Positions 28,385 through 40,300 of a stretch of DNA of 64,000 nt are shown here, piece after piece. Positions within the stretch are counted from its first letter, which is position 1; the number at the start of each line of letters is the position of its first letter. Location of the stretch: positions 28,942,388 through 29,006,387 of the forward strand of contig NC_092670.1 of assembly GCF_964355755.1 (NCBI RefSeq), read 5' to 3'. The stretch comes from Antedon mediterranea. Its lineage: Eukaryota > Animalia > Echinodermata. Position numbers and translations under genes: made by a program. Under the pieces are notes generated by a model. It did not search any database. It was not told the origin of the DNA and worked only from the letters and a program-made list of their open reading frames with translations.

Positions 28385-31300
28385 TTTTTTTTTTATATCA
28401 CATATATTGGACCGCAAAATGTTTTAAATCACCTGATGCTAGGTGAGTACCGTAAGCAATTATAGGGCGCGAAGTGCATGATGACATCATCACACAGCCT
28501 GGCTGAGGTGGGGTATTCCTCCGGGAAAGTCACCCAGTCCAGAGAGAGGGTAAACATAAATAAGTACTTTTTATCTTATTTTTGTTTATTTTGACACAAT
28601 TTCCAAACATAATGTGGTACTATGCAAATATATATCCCACCATCAATTTTCTAAATAAAAATATGTTTTCAAACTCTGTGCAGGTCAGTTTGTTGAAGCC
28701 TAACTTTTGACAAACATTTTGATACCAAACTTGTTTTGGTTTCATAAGTTTCCGACGCATTTTCGTCTAATTTTCTGCAAGCTACACATCTGAGAAGCGG
28801 ACTAAGCTCCCAATAAACGCCGGTCCACGTAAGAATGGCGAATTCCAAGTCGCTTTCATTCGGGATGTTTTTTTTAACATTCCCGGTGAACAAACAGCAG
28901 CGATTATATTAATTAAGATTATATACTCTTTCAAACTGAACACTAGGCCTATTATTCAAATGCTGAAAGATAAATTGAAAAATCCATAGCCTTCTATAGG
29001 CCTAGAGTCTTAGTCTAGAGTTGTTATAATTCATCCAAACAAAATAATGGAATTCTTTAATGTTAACCAAAAAAAATAGGTAGGCCTGTAGGGCCTAGGC
29101 CTATACGGTAGAGTATAATAGCGGGACGGTTCCGCTTAGAGGATGTGAAGCACGCCCGTTGCAGGTATCACAGTCTAGGCCTAGCAGTACTGGGCTAGGT
29201 ATATAGGTCTTGCCTAGGGCCTGTAACGCCAAATGAAGTGCCATTGCCAAATGAGGTTCGCGTGGTCTGTATCGCACAAGGCTAGGTCACTTAATTTGGC
29301 AGCACGTTTCTGGCGAGCTAATCGTGTTATTAAATATTGATATTATTATTTCCAAATAAACACAAACTGAAAAATATTAACCTGAGTATTTCTAATAATA
29401 ATCTTTGCTCATTTTATGAAATTAAACCATTATAATTGCAACATACAACAAAAATTTACGATTTTAGTGTAAAAAAATATAGAAAACACAACATGCATGA
29501 TGGGAAGCCTACCGACCCCTTTCTAAGCAGCTGGAAAAGCAGACTACTCGTTTTAGCGCCAAAGGGAAGTGTCTGAAGTCACGTCTGCATGTATGCGGAC
29601 ATGGTCTGGGACAATTTGCCTTTGGCGCTAAAACGTTGAGTGTTTGAGTTATGGGACGCCATTTCTGCATTTTTTCCTAGTAATATTTTGATTTTAAGTC
29701 CCTTTCGTCGGTACATTATTCCCGTTATTATTTTGTTGTTTTTATGAATTTCTATGTTTATGTTTTCAAATTAAAATGATTATTCGTTGAATATGAATGT
29801 ATCCCGTTATTCTATTATTATATATATTTTTTTGTTTAACATAGCTTAGGGAGCGTGCCCAAATGTTTTTACTCCGTTAAACTTGTTGTAACGCAACTTT
29901 TACCGTAATATGCAAGCTAATTTAAATGGGGTTGGGCGTGTTCAGTGAGGCATATCAAGCCCTCCCTTTACTAGCTACTATGCTGTTGTTATCACTCCAT
30001 TGTTTAACGTGTAATTAACGGGAGACCGGACATGCTGTTCAGTGTTGCGTAACGATGATTCCAACGCGTTATTAACAATCCTTGTTATGGTATGTTGCGT
30101 GAAATCCTATGATGACTCAAAGTAACGGGTTATTAGCAGTCCGGTCATTGTTGTTACAACATATATAATTATATTTATTAAAATAATCATGTATAATACT
30201 ATATCCTAGGCCTACCGTAAAATAAAAATATATATAGGCCTAGGCCTACACGGTAAAATAAAAATATATAGGTCTAAGCATACTATTTACGATCCGATTC
30301 ATGGTATTTTTTAGCCTGGTACGTCGGGCGACACGTGTCTAAATTTCTAATAGCCGACTTTCACCTGAAAAAAAATACGTATTTTTTATCCCTGGATGTA
30401 ACATGATATTGACGCGAATACCGCACTACAGAGAGCTAGGCCATGAACGATTCGTTAAAAGTACACCGCCAGACAATCGCGTAGCTATTGTTTAGATTAC
30501 ATACTATAAACAATTAATAACAAAGAAAGCCTAGAAAGATAAGCTCCTCCTCTCGTTAAAATTGTTAAATAATTTTACTTTGACTGAGCCACTCTTATCC
30601 ATAACATTTCATTAATTAAACAATCAAATAGATTTGCACTTTAGACAATATTTTTAAAAATAATTTACTGTATCAGTTCAGACTGTGAAGAACATGGATT
30701 TCGAAAGGTACACTTTATTTAACGCCAGGAATTCTTCTCACAGAAAAAAATGTGCTGATTGCAATCTGCATAAGCAACCAAAGATCCTGTATCTTTCTGG
30801 GATTCTGCCTTTTCCCCAAATTTATTGTTATTTGTATATGACATAAAACCTCAGTACTGTGGAATAATGCTACTCTACTGTATATAGGCCTACTGTCATT
30901 CAATACTATCGTCCGTTAGCTCGGCGTTTAACGGACACAAACACTCAGTAACCTGTGGAATAATGCTATACTCTGTATGCTGTCATTCAATACTATCGTC
31001 CGTTAGATCGGCGTTTAACGGACACAAAAACTCAGTAGATTGTGGAATGATGCTACTCTAGTGTAATTCAATACTATCGTCCGTTAGATCGGCGTTTAAC
31101 GGACACAAAAACTCAGTAACCTGTGAAATGATGCTATACTCTATATGCTGTCATTCAATACTATCGTCCGTTAGCTCGGCGTTTAACGGACACAAAAACT
31201 CAGTAAATTGTGGAATGATGCTACTCTATTGTAATTCAATACTATCGTCCGCCGTTAGCTCGGCGTTTAACGGACACAAAAACTCAATACAGTATACCAT

Positions 31301-34300
31301 GGAGCTATAAAATTGTATAGCTCCATGAGTATACTGTGGAATGATGCTATGCTCTATATGCTGTAGGCGTTTAACGGACACAAAAACTCAGTAAACTGTA
31401 GAATGATACTACACTCTATATAATAGGCCTACTGTCATTTAATACTATCGTCCGTAAACTCGGCATTTAACGGACTCAAAAACTCAGTAAAACTGTGGAA
31501 TATGATGCTATATAATACTGTCATTCAATACTATCGTCCGTTAGCTCGGCGTTTAACGGACTCAAAAACCCAGTATACTGTGGAATGATGGTATACTCTA
31601 TATGCAGCTGTCATTCAACACTATCGTCCGTAAACTCGGCATTTAACGGACACAAAAACTCAGTAATATAACCTGTGGAATGATGCTATACTCTATATTA
31701 TGCTGTCATTTTAATACTATCGTCTGTTAGCTCGGCGTTTAACGGACACAAAAACTCAGTAATATAACCTGTGGAATGATGCTATACTCTATATTATGCT
31801 GTCATTTTAATACTATCGTCCGTTAGCTCGGCGTTTAACGGACACAAAAACTCAGTAAACTCCGGGAATGATGGGTATTCAAATGATGCATACTCTATAT
31901 ACTGTCATCTATCGTCCGTTAACTCGGCGTTTAACGGAACAACGCACTGAATAGTAAATTTGCGCTTGGTTGAGAGCAAGTAGGGGAATTCCCTTTTTTG
32001 CGACGCCTCCCTACTGCAAGAAGGCAATTGCACATTGTTTTTATATATTTATTTTATATATATACTGTATAAGTGTTTTGCCTATTACACCATTTAGGCC
32101 TAAATAGATACAATAATTGTTAATGTACACAGTTTTTTTTTGTATTTTGTAATAAACATGACACCCTTGCAGCAGCATCACGGAGGCTGCCAAAAACACC
32201 GTGGTGCGTGTGTACATCGCATCGCGGTGATAAAAAACCATGTGCTTGCTAATAACGTTACGTCATATCGCCCAAAGTTTCATCCTCTGTTTTTGGACAC
32301 ACTCGAGGTCAGCAATAGTTAAAGTAATAATTTATTTACGTAATACAATAATTGTTAATGTACACAGTTTTTTAGTATTTTGTAATAAACATGACACCCT
32401 TGCAGCAGCATCACGGAGGCTGACCAAAAACACTGTGGTGCGTGTTGTACATCGCTTCGCGGTGATAAAAAACCATGTGCTTGCTAATAACGTGACGTCA
32501 TATCGCCCAAAGTTTCCTCCTCTGTTTTTGGACACACTTAACTCGCGCGGCAGCTACAGTCAGTAAATGTTTTAGCTCTAGATAGACGGCGACCGGTTTC
32601 TATATTGTTTGGTCCATACCATCGTCCATAAAGTCTATACATGCTGATACTATCGATACGACAGTCAGGGTTTTATCCGTGTTTACAATTTCGCCATTTT
32701 TTTTTTCGGTCAAGTGTACAGGGTAAAAAATAAAAAAGGAATTAACGTCAAGCATGCTAAACAAAAAATTAGTATATTATAGGAATGTTCTATAAGTTGA
32801 AAATGTTCAACAAAAATTGTGGAATTGTAGATGCTAATAATTTAATGTTGGGTAAGGTTGTTTTAACAGCATTTTTTTTGCCGTCGAAATGACGGTTTAC
32901 CACAACATCATCTGCAGTTTCAAGGCCCTTTCTACAGCAATTGCCGTCGATCTTCATATTATTATTAGATATTATTGTATTGAACTCTGTAATGTGTGGT
33001 GTGATATTGTCAGTACAAGGGTCCGTTAAATGAGCGTTTAACGAATATAAAAACGATCTGTTAGGTCGACGTTTAACGGACGAAAACAACGGACGTTGTT
33101 CTTCCGTTGTACGCGTTAGATAGTAAATTCAATTTCATTGTACAGTATTAACCATGATACGCTCTGCTGAGTACAGACCGCCCAACTCATTAACGTTTTG
33201 CATATTATTAACGCATTTAAATGTCTATTAACGGAGTAAAAACATTTGGGCACGCTCCCTTACTATACAGTTTTCTAACCTTTTAGTTTTATTTTTAATC
33301 AATTCCGGTTTTTTATGTATAATGTTATTTATGTTTTTTATTTATAAGTTCTTTAAGAATATGAGTTACATGATCACATTTGTGTCACTTATTATACCTA
33401 ATATAACAGTAACACTATATTTACTTTGATGTCTGAAAAATTAAAACATAAATTCGCAATAATGGCGAACCTAAGTCGCAAATTGTTAGTTAGATATTCG
33501 TTATAATTAACCATCATCTCATTTGTTACACGTGTGTGTGTGACATATAATAAATAAATAAATAAGGGATGGCAGGCCTACGTCGAGGGGAAATTCATCA
33601 AATGGTTTCATCAAAACAATAACTCATAAGGTCGGAAATATTTAGAACATAAATAGATAATGGAACCAAATTTTGAAATAAAGATGAGATATTGCATTGT
33701 TCTCTTTTGTTATCAATCTTTTTGTAACGTACCGTAATAGAAGGTAAATAAATAATGGTACCTAATTCAGCATTTTCATCAAGTTTTAACAATCTTTGAT
33801 GTCGGAAACATTCCCAATAATAGAGACTAATTTTTCAATATGTTAGATATTTTATTCAGCTGGCACTTTTTACCTTGATGTCAGAAACATTTAAACATAA
33901 ATTCGCAATAATGGATCATAAAATTGTGCAATGAAGTCGTGTCATCTTGTTCATATGATTTGGGAAAAAACTTTGGATGGGATATGGGGTGAGCGAAATT
34001 CTAAGCAAGCTAAATACATGATACTTATTTGGAAAAAGCATGTGAATTCGCAAATAATTGAACCTAATTTTGCAATGAAGTCGTCATCTCATTTTGTTCA
34101 TATCGATGTGAGAACAAGTTTGGATGGGAATGTGGTGAGCGAAATTCTAAGCAAGGTAAATACATGATACTAGTTATTTTAAGGTTGGGAACACAACGTA
34201 AATTCGCAAATAATTGAATGTAATTTTGCAAGAAAGTCATCATCGCGTTTGTTCATATTACGATGTGGGAAAAAACTTTGGATGAGCGAAATTCTAAGCA

Positions 34301-37300
34301 AGTATTACTTCGAAGTCGGGAACAACCTTAAATTCGCAATAATGCAATGGAACCTAATTTTGCAACGAAGTCGGTCACCTTGTTTGTTCATACGATGTTG
34401 GAAACACGTTTGGAGGGGTGGACGAAATTCTATACGAAGCTAAATACAGTTAGTTTTGAGGTCGGGAATATTAGAATTTATACTTAAATGGAACCTAATA
34501 TTGCAATGGAGATTGCATGCGTTATTTTCATCTCCGGTTGTTCATTCCATCAATTCATACGTCGTACATAAAGTGGAACATGCATGCACTGTTATACTTT
34601 GTGGGATGATGAGAGTGGGATGCTACTGTAATCAAGTTAATATATTATTTATTGATATACAGTAATTTAATTAGCTATATCGATGGAATAGTTATTACAC
34701 GCCTATATTTACACATTTGCAGCCTTCACTATATAGAATAAATCAGCATTAAATAAGCCAGTGGATAAATCTTTATGGAATTCATTTAAAAGCAATATGC
34801 TATAATACTGTAACATTGAATGTGCAACATATAACAATAAACAAGTATAGAAATATGGGTAGCTTTAAGAAATACTATTATGCTAATATAGTTTCTAATT
34901 TGCTACGATTATCAGAAAAGGAATTCACTGTGATACGAGTTACAGGTGGTACTGATCTGATTTTATTTCGTTTCATCTTGTATATAAATACATTGTATAA
35001 TCCGGGTTGTAAAATGAAAACAAACAAATGAAAATCTCACAAATTCTTTATGTGTAAAATATTTTAAACGAGATATAGATGATAATGATGATCATTGTCA
35101 AGTGTATAAAAAAATATAAGAACATTAATGAAAATAGGAGGTAATACGGAATTCATAAATGTAAAAATGTTACTGATGAATTGTAATGACACTTTGATAA
35201 TTAACAAATGTGTTAAATAATATGATTTTATGTAATGACATAAGATAATATGAATGTGAATAAAAGTGGTGTAGCGCCACAAAAGAGAGAAAAAAAGCTA
35301 TCGATGGAATGGTTGGTACAAAATCCATGATAATTTAGCTAATTATCTGAAATAAATTCGACGGGAACCTGATTTCACAAGAGGACCTCTTATATGAGTT
35401 TGTGAGGACTCCGTTTATATAGAGGAAATCTCAATATCAGTTCTAGAATTAACCTAAACAGTTCTTTTCTAATGAAGAATCTGGGAAATTTACAATCAAG
35501 CAACAACACCACATTCTACGTGAATTCTGCTGTACGTGAACTAGCCTTAATACCGCCTGATTACGGTATATACAGTAGGCCTACAGTATTAGCTTCAGAT
35601 AAATGACGACGCATTCTACAGATATTTAAAAAATGAAAATATTAAATTGGCTTCGTCGAAATGTTGTACCTTGATAGACAGAGCCCCAAGCAGACCGCCC
35701 ACATTACAGATAATCTGCTCTGCAGCACAATCTGTTGGTTTCAACAACTGTACACGCGGTGATTCAACTAAAAGCAGTAAAAAGATTTTGGCACACAAGG
35801 CGTATCATATAATTTGCGGACGATGACCGAAGCACTTCCGCTTCGATCTATTTGACGAAAATCAAAAAAGGATAACTATTTTCTGCTTTATACTTAATTT
35901 AATGTAATGGTGATCTAATATAACAGGCGTAACAACACGTCATAATACATATTGTTTGTAGTTTATACTGGCTTAAATATGTTTGTTTTATATAGGCCTA
36001 GCCTAGTAGGCCCTAGGCTAGGCCTAAACTGTATTTAAAGCCCCATTCCCTACGTTTTTTAGATCTAATTTAAGATCACAAACTATATTTAATGTAAAAA
36101 TAATACTATATGGTCCTATTGCGATAACTTTTTTCGTCTTTAAACGGTTAAAAATGTGAAAAATAAATCGATTCTAATAATTATAGCGGCCCGCTATAAA
36201 TCCCAAAATGCATTGCGCGCGGATTGATATTTTTGTTTTTCACCTGTAATTCGCCCACTTTTCGATCGATCGTGAAGCCAAAACAAATGGAAGACTCCTA
36301 ACTTTTCAGCGAAAATACCGGGTTTTCCCCAATTTGTATCAATGGAGTCTGGCAAAAATAGGAGTGTTGACAAAGTGCGAGGCAGCGAGGCACGCGAGGC
36401 ATGCAAAATATTTGTGCGAGGCATCATTTTATCATTTCCAAAAGTGCGAGGCATGCGAGGCATATAGTTTACAATTTCAAAAAGGTGCGAGGCATATCTT
36501 AACGTGCTATTATGCTATATTATAGGCCTAATAATCAATCGATACAAGCGTATCTAAATAGATGCGTGTATACACTCATCATGTTGTTTATTTTTATGTA
36601 ACGATTGTTTTTTCATTCAAGTCATATCGTGTCAAATTTTACTTTTACAAAAGTGCCCAAACTACGGTTCAAAAATCTGAACGACAGTCTTCAACTTTCG
36701 ATAAACAATAATTGTTATAGCGACACACTCATCAAATGACTGCAATGTTTGTTGGCATTTCGAGCGTGTTCACTCACATGTCTCTCGAACATAGCAGAGT
36801 GAAAATAATATTTTGTCACACCCCTGCGCCTAGATCCGGTAGACCCGAGAGATGGAAAATCCCTCTGTACTCAGCCCACGAATTTCACGTCGGCAATCGG
36901 CAATTGCCGACCTTATTGCCGACCTTAAATTGTCAGAGGACGGCAAGAGATTGCCGACCTAGAAACTAGGCTAGATCCCTCCTTTCAAGCCTCCTAGCAA
37001 CAACATGGTACTTTAAGGGATCGTAACATTGAAATTTTAACAGGCATATTCACCACCATGTTGTGTTTAGTTAACAAACCATTGAATTAAGATGATCCCT
37101 GAATTCACTCAACCATTACATCATTTTGTGTGTACTGTGAGCTGCATGCTTTCCTATCAACCAAGCTGGCTGGGCACAGCGCTGTGCGCGACAGACCTGT
37201 GTAGGGGAATACCCTGTTATTCCAAGCAAGCAACTATGCTCTGTGTACGGCTAGCTCCAGAACCATGATGTTCATCAATTAATTATCAAATAGAATTTAT

Positions 37301-40300
37301 CTTGTAGATTTTAGTGTTAGGTTTTTATATTTTAGTTAATTTTGCTAGTTCTTTTTGCATACCATATAGCTAGGGAGGCTAGGCCTAGCTAGGCCTTTAG
37401 GTTAGCAAGAGGTTTAGGCCTTGGGGTGAATTTGCTATTTTTAGAACTGCCGAGACTGCCGACCTTGGCGAATTTAAGGTCGGCAATTTTTTGCCGACCT
37501 TCTTTTTTCTGAATTTCGTGGGCTGTGTACTATTTAGCAGGTAGCGGAATGATTCAGCCCTCAGCTCAGAGGATTGTGGTGCATTCCCCTTCTATAGCAC
37601 GTGGTTTCAGCAGCAACGCACAGACTTCTCTCTGAGCGGCGTGCCAAAGACATTTTTGACATTCCATTCTCTAGGAACAACACGGCAAATAAGGTGAACA
37701 GCGATTGCCAGGACAAGTTCAATAACTGGTGGTGAATAAAAGGTAACTGATATGGCGATCCAATAACCTGCCGCAAAGAAAAAAATTGCGACAGAATTCG
37801 CGTGTGAAAAAAGACTTACGTCCGACAATTGTAATACTAGGCCTAAAATTAAACTTTAGCTAATATGCTTAGCCCTAACCTAGATAAGAGGCCTATGTAG
37901 AAAATAATTTAATCAATTTTGATATAATAATAAATTGGTGTAATATTTAATAATGATACACTATTCCTGTTTTAGTAAGCTAGGTATATTACGAACGATT
38001 TTTATTTATTGTTGTCCATGTACGTACTAATAAACCTGGCGCTAGTTTCCTTCGCTTGTATTTTTACTCCAAATTTGATAACTAACTTTATCGTGTGAAT
38101 ACCACACCTTAGAAGTATACCTCATGAGTACTTTATTGAAAGAATCACATAAAAAGTAACAAATAAATCCTTAAATTAATGATTTTACAGGCGTGTTTCT
38201 CGCACACTGTTCGCGAATTTCACTTATTCAATGTTCAATATTTTTGTTTCTATGGAGCGCCAAAAGAGCAACGATAATAGAGGACTAAAACTCAGTGCAT
38301 TTATTGGTGAAAAACACGTTTTATTTCAATATATTTGTTAATTTGTCAATAAAAATGCTGTAATATGTTACTGCTGATACTGTTCTGTTTTCAAAGAATA
38401 ATAATCGATCCTAAATCAACATCACTACCTAGTCTAGACCTAGGACATCCTACTAAGGATATTATGATGAATTTTTCTATTTTATTCTTTAAAAGGTTAC
38501 CGAAACCGTGTACATTATCAACAGTACACCGGTGAACAGTAAGATTTTTCCTTACTGACAGTGACAAAATCTATTGAAATTGTATTTGATTTTCACCAAA
38601 TAATGCGTTAAATATAAATGGATTCCACAGAGTTTTTAGCCCTCTAATTAATTTTGCTCTTTTGGCGTTCCATAGAAACCAAAATATTGAACATTGAGTG
38701 TGCGAAATGCGAGAAAAACAACGTCTGTAAAATCACCAATTTAATGGATTTATTGTTACTTTTATGTGATTTTTCTTCATTAAAGTAGGCCTACTAATTT
38801 TAAGCTGTGGTATTCAGGATAAAGTTGGTTAAAATACAAGGCAGGTGCAAAAGGAAACTAGCCTAGCGGGCCTAGGCCTAGGCTACTTCAATTTCGGTGA
38901 TTTCCTGCCTTGCAATTTTGAGAAATGATAAAATGATGCCTCGCATTTTTTGATGATGGTAAAACGATGCCTCGCATAAATTTCTGACTTGCCTCGCATG
39001 CCTTCCCTGCCTCGCGTGCCTCGCTGCCTCGCACTTTGTTACTACCCCAAAAATAGAAAGACAATTAATGCAGCAACTATACAACGTCAGGCTAGGTATA
39101 TAGCTAGCGTACGATGTTCGTACGTTATCGATGTTTACCAGCTAGGCCTACAAAACTAAGCCTAGCTAGGCTAGGCCTAAGACCGTCCACGAGAGGTCGA
39201 TCGCCGCGAGCTACTTAGGTAGTGCATTGGGTCACAGTGTATTTCGGCCGCCAATCATTTCGGCCGCCGGTTATGGAACGCCCAAATTAATGAAACTCCA
39301 AAAAGGACAAAATATGGCATGATCATTTCGGCCGCCAGGTATGGCGCGCCAAATTGAAATAGCCAGAAATAACTCATTAACTGTACAGTATTACAGTGAA
39401 AAAAAATAACTTTATCAAGTCTATGGAACGCCACAGAGAACTATGGTCATTTAAACTAGAGATCAGTTGTGCAATGGGCTAAATACATTTTGTTTTTGCC
39501 GTAGGCATAGATTTAAAGTTATATTAGTTACGGTATTTTACCGTCTGAATATTTTGGTCAAAATGAATATTGATTTAATGTTTATTTTTTAATTTATTTT
39601 ACAAGTCCCGAAGATGCGTGTGCTTTGTAAAAATGTGTTTTATGAATCAAGTCAAGTGTTTTTGACTGGCACATAAAAAAAACTTCAGCATCACCTCCTT
39701 CTTATTAAAAAAATATCATTAATATTCACTGTAGTGATGGCAATGTGCACGCTATAATATCGCTGCTGTTTCTGGAATTGAAGACCACCGATTCGGCTTA
39801 ATAATACAGTATTTAGGCCTAGTAAAATATTAACATTTTAACACACATGGCGTGTCATACATATTCAAGAATAATTACAATTCTGGCGGCCGAAATTAAC
39901 AATACATATTTTGTCCTTTTTGGCGTTTCATGAATTTGGCAATTCCATAACCGGCGGCCGAAATGATCAGACACCGCGCATTGTGTCTCACTTTTTATCA
40001 TAATTTACCATAAAACGTACATTTAAGACAAGGAATGACATGGTTTAATGTTTTTAAAGTGATATATAGGCCTAGGCCTATGTATTATTTTCCAAAAAAC
40101 GTCCAAAATTGCAGGGAAGGGGTCTTTAAAAAAATGACAATAGAACTTAATTTTGCAATAGTACCTAATTTGGCGCCTTAGACGCCCAATTAAGTGCGGT
40201 GTACCTCATTTGGCGTGACAGGACCTTCTATGCCTGGCCTATCTAGGCCTAGGCCTAAGCCTAGAGGCTAGGCCTAGCCTACTTTCACGGGTAATGGCTA

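Larger units (their letters stand above)
36039..40125. mobile_element. Kolobok-like family A copy expanded by nested insertions
   Basis: TTAA|AGCCCCATTCCCTAC...GCAGGGAAGGGGTCT|TTAA; aligns with the uninterrupted copy at 58639-59097. Confidence 0.85.
29218..40225. mobile_element. Large TIR element bracketing most of the distal part of SF3B1 intron 1, with nested insertions
   Basis: CCTGTAACGCCAAATGA at ~29220 and TCATTTGGCGTGACAGG at ~40206-40222; internal degenerate ~130-bp repeats at 33430-34520. Confidence 0.55.

Noticed and set aside
32683-32705. AAAATGGCG as the SF3B1 start codon
   Set aside because: Reads MAKL* with no donor and lies inside a Harbinger-like element. 40482 fits exon size, phase and donor.
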